A stretch of DNA of 64,000 nt, from contig CAVTBU010000010.1 in the NCBI GenBank assembly GCA_963733035.1, forward strand, positions 65,016 through 129,015, given 5' to 3'. The notes under the pieces are model-generated. The model ran no database searches. It was given only the letters and a program-made list of their open reading frames with translations, and was not told the DNA's origin. Position 1 is the stretch's first letter; the number at the start of each line of letters is the position of its first letter. The position numbers and the translations under genes were made by a program. Shown here piece after piece: positions 8,794 through 19,065 of the stretch. The DNA comes from Pirellulales bacterium. GTDB taxonomy: Bacteria > Planctomycetota > Planctomycetia > Pirellulales > PALSA-1355.

Positions 8794-10419
8794 ATGCCTA
8801 TCGTTATCGTTGACGGAATCGAAGTGGAATTGGCCGAAGGGGAGCGGATCAACGGGATCCAGGCTGCCGAGCGAGCCGGCATCGACATTCCGCGCTACTG
8901 TTGGCACCCGGGGCTGACGGTGGTGGCAAGTTGCCGGATGTGCCTGGTGGAAACCGGCACGCGCAACCCCGAGAACGGCGAAATTCGGATGGTTCCGAAG
9001 CTGGTTCCAGCCTGCCAGACGCCCGCCACGCCCAACACGGTGTTTGTCACCAACAGCGAAAAGGTCGAGAAGAGCAGGGCGATGGTCGAGGAAGACCTGC
9101 TCATCGATCATCCGATCGATTGCCCGATTTGCGACAAGGCGGGCGAGTGCTACCTGCAGGACTACCATTTCAAGTACGGCCAGGACCAGCGCCGCGCGGA
9201 CGTCCGGCCGTTCACCAGCCGCCGCCGCGACATGGGCGACACGGTCACGCTGTTCGTCGATCGTTGCGTGATGTGCACCCGTTGCGTGCGGTTCACACGC
9301 GAAATCAGCGGTACGAGCGAATTGTTCGTGATCAACCGCGGCGCGCACGAAGAGATCGACATCTTTCCGGGCCATCCGCTGGAAAACAAGATGTCCGGCA
9401 ACGTGGTGGACATCTGCCCGGTGGGCGCACTGGGCGACAAGGACTTTCTCTACCAGCAGCGCGTCTGGTTCATGAAGAAACACGAGGGCGTTTGCACGGG
9501 CTGCTCGACCGGCTGCTCGATCTTCGTCGAGGAAAACCAGGACACGGTCTATCGGCTCAAGCCGCGCGAGAACCCGCACGTCAACCAGTGGTGGATGTGC
9601 GACGAGGGGCGCTACGGTTTTCATCACGTGCACAGTGACCGCCGGATGATGAACGTCGAGCGCCGCGACGGAGCAAACTGGACGCTGCTCGAATGGTCGC
9701 AGGTGGTCCGAGAAATTGATGAACGGTTTCGCGAGATCGGACGGTTGGCCGTGGTGCTCTCGCCGCACTTGACGGTTGAAGAAGCCTACCTGCTGGGCAA
9801 GTACGCCCGCGGCGTCGATCCGACCGCCATCGTCGTAATGGGACCGGTGCCGGTCGCGGGCGAGGACGAGACGTTCAAGAACGGCTTTACAATTCATGCC
9901 GAGAAGTGTCCGAACCGCCGCGGAGTGGAAGAAGTTGTCACGCACTTCATGGGCCAGGTTTCAACGCTGGAGAATCTGCTGGTGGCCTTGGGAGGTGACG
10001 AGCGGTTCGGCGTGTGGGTGAGCGGCGGCTACAAGGGCGACTGGATTGACGAAGCGACGGCCGAGGAACTGGCCAAGGCCGAATGCCTGGTCGTGCACGA
10101 CCTGTTCGACTCGCCGCTGGGCGAGAAGGCCAACTACCGGTTGCCGGAAGGGGCGTTTGCGGAACGCGAAGGGTCGTACGTCAATGCCAACGACCGTTTG
10201 CAAAGCGTGCCCTGGGCCATTCGTCCGCCGGCCGGCGTACGCGTGGCGGCGGGCGTGTATTGGGAATTGTTGGGCGAGCGGGGCCTGGTGAAGGCGCGCC
10301 GCGTGCTCGACGAAGTGGCCGAGCGGATTGTGTTCTTTAGTGCCGCGGCCGAACCGGTGGGACCGTTGGGCGTGGATCTGAAGACGCCGGTGTTGGAAGA
10401 GGCCTCGACGACGGGTTGA
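8794..10419 (+). CDS. nuoG: NADH-quinone oxidoreductase subunit G (short form)
   Basis: IPRYCWHP, CRMCLVE, HPIDCPICDKAGEC, CVMCTRCVRF, CTGCSTGC. Confidence 0.93.
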   Translation: MPIVIVDGIEVELAEGERINGIQAAERAGIDIPRYCWHPGLTVVASCRMCLVETGTRNPENGEIRMVPKLVPACQTPATPNTVFVTNSEKVEKSRAMVEEDLLIDHPIDCPICDKAGECYLQDYHFKYGQDQRRADVRPFTSRRRDMGDTVTLFVDRCVMCTRCVRFTREISGTSELFVINRGAHEEIDIFPGHPLENKMSGNVVDICPVGALGDKDFLYQQRVWFMKKHEGVCTGCSTGCSIFVEENQDTVYRLKPRENPHVNQWWMCDEGRYGFHHVHSDRRMMNVERRDGANWTLLEWSQVVREIDERFREIGRLAVVLSPHLTVEEAYLLGKYARGVDPTAIVVMGPVPVAGEDETFKNGFTIHAEKCPNRRGVEEVVTHFMGQVSTLENLLVALGGDERFGVWVSGGYKGDWIDEATAEELAKAECLVVHDLFDSPLGEKANYRLPEGAFAEREGSYVNANDRLQSVPWAIRPPAGVRVAAGVYWELLGERGLVKARRVLDEVAERIVFFSAAAEPVGPLGVDLKTPVLEEASTTG

Positions 10420-10423
10420 TGCG

Positions 10424-11722
10424 ATGAACTGGGAATCCCTCATGCAGCCGCTGATTTTGCCGTTAGTCAAGATCGCGCTGTTGACCTTCGCCCTGATGAC
10501 GGCGGCCGCCTACCTGGTGCTGCTCGAGCGGTGGATCGCCGCCTGGGTGCAGGACCGCAAGGGCCCCAACCGGGTCGGCATGCCGCTGACCAAGCTGAAG
10601 CTGTTTGGTCTGGGGCAACCGCTGGCCGACGGCTTGAAGTTCATCTTCAAGGAAGAATACACGCCGGCGCACGTTGAGAAAGTGTTGTACACGCTCGCGC
10701 CGATTTCCATTCTGGCGGCCGCGATTGCCGTGTTTGCGGTCGTTCCGTTTGGCAGCACTTTGCCCATCGAAGTGCCGGGCGTCGAAGGGCCGATTCATCT
10801 GATCGTCGCGCCGGGGCTCGACGTGGGCATGATCTACATCTTTGCGCTCAGCAGTATTGCCGTGTATGGCGTTATCCTCGGTGGCTGGTCGAGCAACAAC
10901 AAGTACGGATTCCTGGGCGCCTTGCGTTCGAGTGCGCAGCTGATCGCGTACGAAATTCCCCTGGGGTTGGGCATTCTGGGCGTCGTGTTGGCGGCCGGTT
11001 CGTTGCGGCTGGAGAACATCATTTACCAGCAAGCCGAGACGGGTGTGTGGAACGCCTTTGCCCAGCCGTTGGGTTTTTCGGTTTTCCTGGTGGCTGCGTT
11101 CGCCGAAGCCGCGCGATTGCCGTTCGACTTGCCCGAGGCCGAACAGGAGCTGATTGGCGGCTATCACACTGAGTATGCCGGTATGAAGCTGCTGTTGTTT
11201 CTGATTGCCGAGTTCCTCCACATGGTGATGGCGGCATTCTTGATCGTGATTCTGTTCTTCGGCGGCTGGCACTTTTGGGGCATGCCCGCAGCCGCGGGCG
11301 AGACAATTGGCTGGCCGCTGGCGCTTGCGCGGGTTGCCATTTTGCTGGCCAAGGTGTTGTTGGTGATTCTGTTCTTCATGATGGTGCGTTGGAGTTGGCC
11401 GCGTTTCCGTTTCGATCAATTGATGAATCTGGCCTGGAAGGTGATGCTGCCTTTGGGCCTGATCAATCTGGCCGCCACGGCGATCTTGTTTGAATACGAG
11501 CACGTTCACGATATGACGGGCACCTCTCGCGGAGCCTGGTTGGCGATTGGCACCGGCTGGGGCGTGGCGCTGGTCTCGTGGCTTCTGGCGGCCGTGTTGG
11601 CACCGCTGAGCACGGACAATCGCCCTCGGATCGACGACCTGCAATTCCCTGAGTTTGAGCCCGACGCGATGCGTGAATTGCTCGCCACCGGTACCGATCG
11701 TTACACCGCAAGCGGAAAGTAA
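10424..11722 (+). CDS. nuoH: NADH-quinone oxidoreductase subunit H
   Basis: QDRKGPNRVG, QPLADGLK, PFDLPEAEQEL, PRFRFDQLM. Confidence 0.96.
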   Translation: MNWESLMQPLILPLVKIALLTFALMTAAAYLVLLERWIAAWVQDRKGPNRVGMPLTKLKLFGLGQPLADGLKFIFKEEYTPAHVEKVLYTLAPISILAAAIAVFAVVPFGSTLPIEVPGVEGPIHLIVAPGLDVGMIYIFALSSIAVYGVILGGWSSNNKYGFLGALRSSAQLIAYEIPLGLGILGVVLAAGSLRLENIIYQQAETGVWNAFAQPLGFSVFLVAAFAEAARLPFDLPEAEQELIGGYHTEYAGMKLLLFLIAEFLHMVMAAFLIVILFFGGWHFWGMPAAAGETIGWPLALARVAILLAKVLLVILFFMMVRWSWPRFRFDQLMNLAWKVMLPLGLINLAATAILFEYEHVHDMTGTSRGAWLAIGTGWGVALVSWLLAAVLAPLSTDNRPRIDDLQFPEFEPDAMRELLATGTDRYTASGK

Positions 11723-11729
11723 AGCTGCC

Positions 11730-12263
11730 ATGCAAGCGGACGACCCGAACGTGAAGTGGATCGAAGAGCCCAAGCTCGGCTTGGCGGGCAAGATGTATTT
11801 GCCGCTGTTCGTGCAGGGACTGACCACCACGACCAGGCACTTGTTTGGACCGAAGGTGACGGTTAGCTACCCGGAGACGCGACCGCAAATCGGCAACCCG
11901 CTGATCTATCGCGGCGTGCACCGGCTGAACAAGGACGAGCAGGGTCGGGTCAAATGCGTGGCCTGTTTCCTGTGCGCCACGGCCTGTCCGGCCCACTGCA
12001 TCGACATCGTGGGGGTTCAAAGTCCCTGGCCCGATCGGGAAAAGTATCCCGAGAGCTTTACGATTGACGAGCTGCGGTGCATCTTCTGCGGCATGTGCGA
12101 GGAAGCTTGCCCGGTGGACGCGATCGAGTTGACGAGCCTGTTCGACCTGACGGGCCGCAGCCGCGAGGAAATGATTTTCGATAAAGAGAAACTATTGAGC
12201 GTGTACGACCAGACGAAAGACGCCGAGCCGATGAAATCGACGGCCATGGGAGGCACCCTGTGA
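11730..12263 (+). CDS. nuoI: NADH-quinone oxidoreductase subunit I
   Basis: Two CxxCxxCxxxCP ferredoxin motifs. Confidence 0.96.
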   Translation: MQADDPNVKWIEEPKLGLAGKMYLPLFVQGLTTTTRHLFGPKVTVSYPETRPQIGNPLIYRGVHRLNKDEQGRVKCVACFLCATACPAHCIDIVGVQSPWPDREKYPESFTIDELRCIFCGMCEEACPVDAIELTSLFDLTGRSREEMIFDKEKLLSVYDQTKDAEPMKSTAMGGTL

Positions 12264-12987
12264 ACGCGATGCTGTGGATGCTAGGCCTGGCGACGCTGCT
12301 GCTGGCGGTTGGCATTTGGCTATCGCTTCCGCGTGGCCGCGCCGGTGGTCGGGCGTCGGCGCGGTGTTGACGGCCGCGGGGCTCGGCTTGTTTGCCGCGC
12401 AGACGGCCACGCTCGGCAATTGGCTGGCCGACGCGGTGTTTTACCTCCTGGCGGCAGTAACCGTGTGGAGCGCCGTGGCGACGATCACGTTTGCCAACCC
12501 GGTTTATTCGGCCATTTGGTTTGCCTTGGCACTGCTGGGAACGGCTGGGCTCTTTCTGTACGACGGCGCGCAATTTCTGGGCGTGGCCACGATCGTGGTC
12601 TATGCCGGCGCGATTCTGGTGACCTTCCTGTTCGTGCTCATGCTCGCGCAACCCGAGGGTCAGGCCCCGTACGATCGGGTGAGCTGGGGCGCGCCGTTGT
12701 CGGCCGTCAGCGGTGCCTTGATGGTGGGCGTGCTGACGCTCGCATTGGCCGGCGTGTTTCAAAATCCGACGCCGGAAAATCGACCCACGGTCACGCACGA
12801 TCGCTCGGCTCTCGAGGAGCAGGTGCTGGCCGATCAGCACATGGCCCATTTGGGCGGGCAACTTTTCAGCCGCCATTTGTTGGCCGTCGAAGTGGCGGGC
12901 ACGCTGTTGCTGGTCGCGCTGGTCGGCTGCGTTGCGGTTGTGGCACAAATTCATAAACGCGAGCGGGGAGGGTCGATGCATGGATGA
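12260..12987 (+). CDS. nuoJ: NADH-quinone oxidoreductase subunit J (apparent frameshift near 12355)
   Basis: GTG overlapping the nuoI stop gives MNAMLWMLGLATLLLAVGIWLSLPRG; second frame has NPVYSAIW, VYAGAILVTFLFVLML, EVAGTLLL. Confidence 0.9.
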
Positions 12988-13423
12988 GCTGGCCCTTCTG
13001 GAAAAGTATCTATTCGTCGGCGCGTTGCTGTTCGGCATCGGCCTGATCGGCTTTTTCAGCCGGCGGAACATGATCGTGATGTTCCTGTCGGTCGAGATGA
13101 TGCTGCAGGGCGTTTCGGTGAGCCTGGTGGCCTGGGGGCGTTATCACAACGACTGGGGCGGCCAGATGCTGGTGATCTTCATCCTCACGGTCGCCGCCTG
13201 CGAAGCGGCCATCGCCTTGGCGGTCGTGCTCACGCTATTTCACAAACGCGGCTCGCTCGACATCGTGCTTTGGCAAAGCCTGCGCGAAGACAATCAGCCG
13301 GCCTACTCCGACCCGCGCATGGCCGAACTCACGGAAAAGGAACCCGAGTGGCCGAAGCTCACGCCCTCGGGCATCGAGCCGGAGCCCGACTTGGAAGAGG
13401 TTTCGCACCGGATGCACGTATGA
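12980..13423 (+). CDS. nuoK: NADH-quinone oxidoreductase subunit K with C-terminal extension
   Basis: RRNMIVMFLSVEMML, VAACEAAIALA. Confidence 0.95.
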   Translation: MDELALLEKYLFVGALLFGIGLIGFFSRRNMIVMFLSVEMMLQGVSVSLVAWGRYHNDWGGQMLVIFILTVAACEAAIALAVVLTLFHKRGSLDIVLWQSLREDNQPAYSDPRMAELTEKEPEWPKLTPSGIEPEPDLEEVSHRMHV

Positions 13424-13470
13424 GCAACGGCTAACAAGAACCCGCGGACAACGGACGAACACGACCCCAG

Positions 13471-15577
13471 ATGACCGGCACGATTCCCACACTGCTCGTA
13501 CTGATTCCGGCGTTGCCGCTTTTGGCGGCCGTCGTCACGGCGGTGTTTGGCGCTCGCCTGCTCAAAGCGCGGAGCCACTTGCCGGTGGTGCTGGCACTCG
13601 TCGGGGCGTTCGGTTGCAGCCTGTTGCTGTTGGCAGAAGTTCGCAAGGCGGCCAACGAGGACACTTCGATGGTCGGCTGGGAGCGGACCACGGTGCTTTG
13701 GAACTGGGCGCAGCTGGACGGGGCAATTGATACCGACAGCGTTTCGCACGCCGCGCCGGCCGCCGGCGCTGCCGCATTGCCGGAGAGCTTGCCGTTTGCG
13801 GTTGACATCACGCTGCGGGCCGATGCCCTCACGGCGATCATGCTTTGCATGGTGACGTTTGTGTCGTCGCTGGTGGCGATTTACGCCGGCGGATACATGC
13901 ATGGCGATCGCGGCTATTGGCGGTTCTTCAGCTACATCGGCCTGTTCGTGTTTTCGATGACGATGCTGGTTTCGGTCAGCAACTTCGTCCTCTTATACGT
14001 GTTCTGGGAAGCCGTGGGCCTGTGCAGCTACCTGTTAATTGGCTTTTGGTATGAAAAGCCCGAGGCGGCGGCCGCAGGCAAGAAGGCGTTTTTGGTCAAT
14101 CGCATTGGCGACTTTGGCTTTGCGCTGGGACTGTTTCTTATCTGGACGACGTACGGCACGCTGAATTTTCACGACGCTGGCGGCGTGGCGGGGGTGCTGG
14201 GACAAACTCGCTTGGCGGCCCCGGCACTGTTGGCCGGCTTCAGCGACGACTATACGACCCTGGCCACGGCGATCTGCCTGCTATTGATGCTTGGGGCGTG
14301 CGGCAAGAGCGCCCAATTTCCGTTGCACGTGTGGTTGCCCGACGCGATGGAAGGTCCCACGCCGGTCAGCGCTTTGATTCACGCCGCCACGATGGTCACG
14401 GCCGGGGCCTACATGGTGGCCCGCTGCACGCCGCTGTTCATGGCTTCGCCCGATGCACAGCACGTCGTGGCCGCGATCGGCGCTACGACTGCCGCCATCG
14501 GCGGAATCATCGCCCTCACGCAAACCGACTTGAAGCGGGTGCTCGCCTATTCGACGATCAGCCAGCTCGGCTACATGTTTCTCGGACTGGGGCTCGGCAC
14601 GATGGCTGGCATCACGTCTGGCATGTTCCACCTGTTCACGCACGCGTTTTTCAAGGCCCTGCTGTTCCTGGGGGCCGGCAGCGTGATGCATGCGATGGGT
14701 AACGTCATCGACATGCGCCGCTTCAGCGGCTTGCGAAAGGTCATGCCCACGACGCACTGGACGTTTCTGTTCGGCTGCCTGGCGCTCGCCGGCATGATCC
14801 CGTTTGCCGGGTTCTGGAGCAAAGACGCGATCATCGCGGCTGCCTACGAGCGCGGCTTCCACGAACAGATTGGGTTGTTCAAAACGCTGTACTGGGTGGC
14901 CACGATCGTGGCTTTCCTCACGGCGTTTTACACCTTCCGGGCGTTCTTCATGACATTTTACGGGCCGGAACGCGTGCCGCACGAAGCCGGACATCACGCC
15001 GCACGAGTCGCCCCGGTCGATGACGATTCCCTTGATGATTCTGGCTCTCGGTTCGCTTGTCGTCGGTGCGTATTTTTCCTGGACGGGCAGCTTCAACGCG
15101 TTCTTGCAACAGACCCCCTCGCTGGCCTTCGCTCCGCTGCAGGGCACGGTTGATCATTCGGAGTATGCTCACGAGGCGCACCAGACGGTGAGCATGATCG
15201 GCACGCTGGTCGCGCTGGCCGGCATTGGGCTGGCTGCTTTCCTGTATCTTGGCGAAAGATCGCTCGTGCTGACACTACAGCGTCTTTTGGCTCCCCTGTA
15301 TTGGCTGTCGCACGGCAAGTTGTTCTTTGACCAGATTTACTATGCCCTGGTCGTGTGGCCGCTGGAGCTGTTGGCCAGCTTCAGCTACTGGTTCGATCGG
15401 CGAGTCATTGACGGCCTGGTGAACTTCATCGGGCGGATTCCGCCGTGGATCGGAGCCGGCATGCGGCCGCTGCAGAGTGGGCTGGTGCAGTTTTACGCGT
15501 TGGCGATGGTGTGGGGCGTGCTCGTATTGGTGCTGACGCTACTAATTTGGCCGGCGCTTGGCGCGGCCTTCAAATAA
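13471..15577 (+). CDS. nuoL: NADH-quinone oxidoreductase subunit L (apparent 1-nt insertion near 15000)
   Basis: GKSAQFPLHVWLPDAMEGPTPVSALIHAATMVTAG, HAFFKALLFL; continues HESPRSMTIPL..QSGLVQFYA in the next frame. Confidence 0.94.
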
Positions 15578-15593
15578 CGGGAGTTCGTTCGCC

Positions 15594-17246
15594 TTGGATT
15601 CGACGTCGACACTGTTGCTCGTGACGATCCTGCTGCCGTCGATCGGCGCGCTGGTCGTGCTCGCGCTGGCCGATCAGGGACCGAGCGGCGCCCGTCAGTC
15701 CGCGCTCGTCACGTCGCTGCTGACGCTTGCCGTAGCGGTCGCGCTCGTCTGGAACTTCGATCCGAGCGCGGAAGTTTACGCTCCGGTGACGATGAGTTGG
15801 CTGGGACCATCATCGGGCGTGGACGTCCAGTTCAGCCTGGGGCTCGACGGGCTGAGCATCTGGCTGTTCGCCCTCTCGGCGCTGCTGCTGTTCACCTGCG
15901 TACTGGTGAGCTGGGAGGCGATTACCGATCGCCCGGCCGTGTTTTATTGCCTGCTGCTGCTGTTGGGCAGCGGCATGCTGGGCGTATTTGCCGCCCGCGA
16001 TATCATCCTGTTCTATGTCTTTTTCGAGTTTACGCTCATACCGTTGTTCTTTCTGGTTGGCGTGTGGGGCTCGGAAGAACGCCGCTACGCCGCCATCAAG
16101 TTCTTTTTGTACACGCTGGCCGGCAGTCTGCTCACGTTTCTGGGGCTGCTCACGATCGTGCTGTGGGACTACAACCACTCGGCGACCGGCGTGATGACGT
16201 TTTCGATTCCCGCTTTGACGGCCGGGCTGGCCGAACATCCGCTGGCACAGCCGTATCAACTGTGGGTCTTCCTGGCGTTGTTCGCCGGCTTTGCGATCAA
16301 GGTGCCGCTGTTTCCGCTGCACACCTGGCTGCCGCTGGCGCACACGCAGGCGCCGACCGCCGGTAGTGTAATTCTGGCCGGCGTGCTGCTGAAAATCGGC
16401 ACTTATGGTTTCGCCCGCTTCAGCATTCCGATGTTGCCCGAAGCCACCGCGATGTGCATTCCCTGGATCCTGGTGCTTTCAGCCGCCGGCATTATTTATG
16501 GCGCCTTGGTGGCCTTGGCGCAAACCGATCTCAAGCGATTGATTGCCTATTCCAGCGTTAGCCACCTTGGGTTTTGCATGCTGGGGCTGTTTGCCCTGAC
16601 GACGCTCGGCGTCGAGGGGGGCGTGCTGCAAATGGTGAATCACGGCCTCTCGACCGGCGGGCTGTTCGCCGTGGTGGGCATGATTTACGAGCGGTACCAC
16701 ACCCGCGAGATTCGCCAGTTCGGCGGGCTCGCGCGGCGGACGCCTGTGCTGGCTTTCTTTTTCCTGCTGTTCACACTGTCCAGCATTGGCTTGCCGGGCA
16801 TGAACGGTTTCGTGGGCGAGTTCATGGTGCTGGCCGGCATGTTTCAGCGGGCCTGGACCACGGCTCCGGCCGGATTGGAGATACTGTACAAGGTGATCGC
16901 GGTCGCGTCGGTTTCCGGCGTGGTGCTGGGGGCGTGGTACATGCTGTACCTGGTGCAACGCGTGTTTTTCGGTCCGCTCCGCGAGCCACACCATGGGGGC
17001 GAGCAGGGGCATTCGGCCGTGCGCGATCTGGGCTTTCGCGAACTGGCTGCCCTGGTGCCGCTGTGCGTATTCGTGTTTTGGATCGGTTTGCAGCCGGATT
17101 TCTTCTTGAGCCGCATGCAGAACTCGCTCAAGCCGCTAAGCCACGGGGCACAACAGGCGCTGCTCGAGCGCAACCAGGACATCGCGCCGGCGGCGCTTGC
17201 CCAGCAAACTTTGAGTGCCAAGGGGGAATCGCCGCGTGTCGAATGA
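15594..17246 (+). CDS. nuoM: NADH-quinone oxidoreductase subunit M
   Basis: KVPLFPLHTWLPLAH, LKRLIAYSSVSH, GLPGMNGFVGE; TTG start after GGAG. Confidence 0.95.
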   Translation: MDSTSTLLLVTILLPSIGALVVLALADQGPSGARQSALVTSLLTLAVAVALVWNFDPSAEVYAPVTMSWLGPSSGVDVQFSLGLDGLSIWLFALSALLLFTCVLVSWEAITDRPAVFYCLLLLLGSGMLGVFAARDIILFYVFFEFTLIPLFFLVGVWGSEERRYAAIKFFLYTLAGSLLTFLGLLTIVLWDYNHSATGVMTFSIPALTAGLAEHPLAQPYQLWVFLALFAGFAIKVPLFPLHTWLPLAHTQAPTAGSVILAGVLLKIGTYGFARFSIPMLPEATAMCIPWILVLSAAGIIYGALVALAQTDLKRLIAYSSVSHLGFCMLGLFALTTLGVEGGVLQMVNHGLSTGGLFAVVGMIYERYHTREIRQFGGLARRTPVLAFFFLLFTLSSIGLPGMNGFVGEFMVLAGMFQRAWTTAPAGLEILYKVIAVASVSGVVLGAWYMLYLVQRVFFGPLREPHHGGEQGHSAVRDLGFRELAALVPLCVFVFWIGLQPDFFLSRMQNSLKPLSHGAQQALLERNQDIAPAALAQQTLSAKGESPRVE

Positions 17247-18891
17247 GACCGTCATCCTGCTGCTGCCAGAAATCATTCTGGTGCTCGCCGGCACGCTCAT
17301 CTACCTGGGCGGGGCGTTTCTGCCGTCACGCTCCGTGTGGGGCGGATTGAGTGTATTGGCTATCTTCGCGGCGCTGGCGATGCTCTATCATCAGGGGACG
17401 ACCGAGGGGGTGCGCGAAGCATGGGCTACCGGCAGCGTGAGCGGCCCGATCACGATCGATTGGTTTTCCACGGCATTCCGCTATGGCGTGCTGGCAGTGG
17501 GCCTGGTGTTCGTATTGACTGGCTCGCGCTGGTCGCATGCGGGGCAGGGGGATGCCTCGGAATTCCAGGGCTCGCTCTTGATGATCCTGGCGGGGCTGAA
17601 TCTGGTGGCTTTGGCCAACGATCTTGTGATGGTGTTCGTGAGCCTGGAGCTGATTTCGATTCCCACGTACGTGCTGTTGTATCTGGGGCGCGGCACCAAC
17701 CTGCTGGAGTCAGGCACGAAGTACTTTTTCTTGAGCATCCTGTCGAGTGCGCTGATGCTCTACGGGTTCAGCTTTCTGTATGGTGCCGTCGGCTCGACGA
17801 GCCTGCTGCGGATTCGCGAGGTGCTGGCCGATCCGGATGCCAACGCGGCGGCCATGGCTTCGTTCAGCCAACTGGCGTTGATTTTGATTTTCGCCGGATT
17901 GGCTTTCCGCCTTACCGCCGTGCCGTTCCACTTTTATGCTCCCGACGTCTACCAGGGGACGAGCAACGCCAATGCCGGCGTGCTGGCCGTGGTGCCGAAG
18001 ATCGCGGCGCTGGCCGTGCTGGTACGAATCGTCTACGTGGCCATGCCGGGCCTGGAGCAGTTGGGTTGGCAGCTGACGCTGGCCGTGGCGATGGTCACGA
18101 TGACGCTCGGCAATCTGCTTGCCCTGTGGCAGGCGAACGTGCGGCGGATGATGGCCTACTCGTCGATCGCCCATGCCGGCTACATGCTGATCGGGCTTTC
18201 GGTTGGGTTTGCCGTCGCCGGCGGTGCGACCGAAGCGGAAGCGTTCGACGGCGTGGGCGCGACGTTGTTTTATCTGTTGGTGTACGCCGTGGCGACGGCC
18301 GGCACGTTTGCCGCGCTGACGTACTTGAGTGGAGATCGCCGGGCCGTGAATGCCGTCGACGATCTGGCCGGTCTGAGCAGCACCTATCCCAAAACGGCCG
18401 CCGCGATTTCGCTGTTCATGTTCTCGCTGACGGGCCTGCCGCCGCTGGCCGGCTTCTGGGGCAAGTTTGCCCTCTTCACGGGCGCGCTGGGCGTGGATGC
18501 CAAGAATCCCGAGGCGGGAAATCTGTGGCCGTGGTTCCTGGCACTGGCGGTGGTCGGCGTTGTGAATGCCGCCATCTCAGCCGGCTACTACCTGCGGATC
18601 ATCGGCGTGATGTATTTCCGCTCGATGGAGAATGAAGCGCCCGAAGGCCGCGGCGGGATCGGAGCCGGCTTCGCCACGGCCCTCTGTGCGCTGGCCGTGC
18701 TGGGCATCGGCGGTTTTCCCGGCCCGTTCGTTGAGTCGGCGAAGGAGGCCAGTCGCTCAGCGAGGGGGGCAGTTGCGCCTGCCGAAGCAGCGACGGTCGA
18801 CGCCTCGCGTGTCGAAGATGCTCCGGTAGTACGGCCACCGGCGGAAGCAGCCTCGGTCGTCACGCCGGCGACGCGCCGATCGAGCCGTTGA
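17236..18891 (+). CDS. nuoN: NADH-quinone oxidoreductase subunit N
   Basis: PFHFYAPDVYQG, RRMMAYSSIAHAGY, GLPPLAGFWGKF. Confidence 0.95.
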   Translation: MSNETVILLLPEIILVLAGTLIYLGGAFLPSRSVWGGLSVLAIFAALAMLYHQGTTEGVREAWATGSVSGPITIDWFSTAFRYGVLAVGLVFVLTGSRWSHAGQGDASEFQGSLLMILAGLNLVALANDLVMVFVSLELISIPTYVLLYLGRGTNLLESGTKYFFLSILSSALMLYGFSFLYGAVGSTSLLRIREVLADPDANAAAMASFSQLALILIFAGLAFRLTAVPFHFYAPDVYQGTSNANAGVLAVVPKIAALAVLVRIVYVAMPGLEQLGWQLTLAVAMVTMTLGNLLALWQANVRRMMAYSSIAHAGYMLIGLSVGFAVAGGATEAEAFDGVGATLFYLLVYAVATAGTFAALTYLSGDRRAVNAVDDLAGLSSTYPKTAAAISLFMFSLTGLPPLAGFWGKFALFTGALGVDAKNPEAGNLWPWFLALAVVGVVNAAISAGYYLRIIGVMYFRSMENEAPEGRGGIGAGFATALCALAVLGIGGFPGPFVESAKEASRSARGAVAPAEAATVDASRVEDAPVVRPPAEAASVVTPATRRSSR

Positions 18892-19065
18892 TACGGCATC
18901 GGTTTTTGTTTACGGCGACCCGAGCAAGGATTGGCCAATTGTCACCACAGACGGTGGGAATTGCCGCTTTTTTCTCGTCGCGAGCTGCCGTTGCTGGCAG
19001 TTGGTGGAGCTTTTCGGCATAAGCGACTATGCTGGAGGCGGGGCGGAGCTTCACAGAGAAGTCGC

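Noticed and set aside
13424..13470. Short CAACGG/GGAC-type repeats in nuo spacers (also near 7383)
   Set aside because: Too short and degenerate to support a defined element
7500..15010. Programmed frameshifting or pseudogenisation of nuoF, nuoJ and nuoL
   Set aside because: No shared slippery sequence; both halves are intact and similar indels occur throughout the window, which fits consensus error
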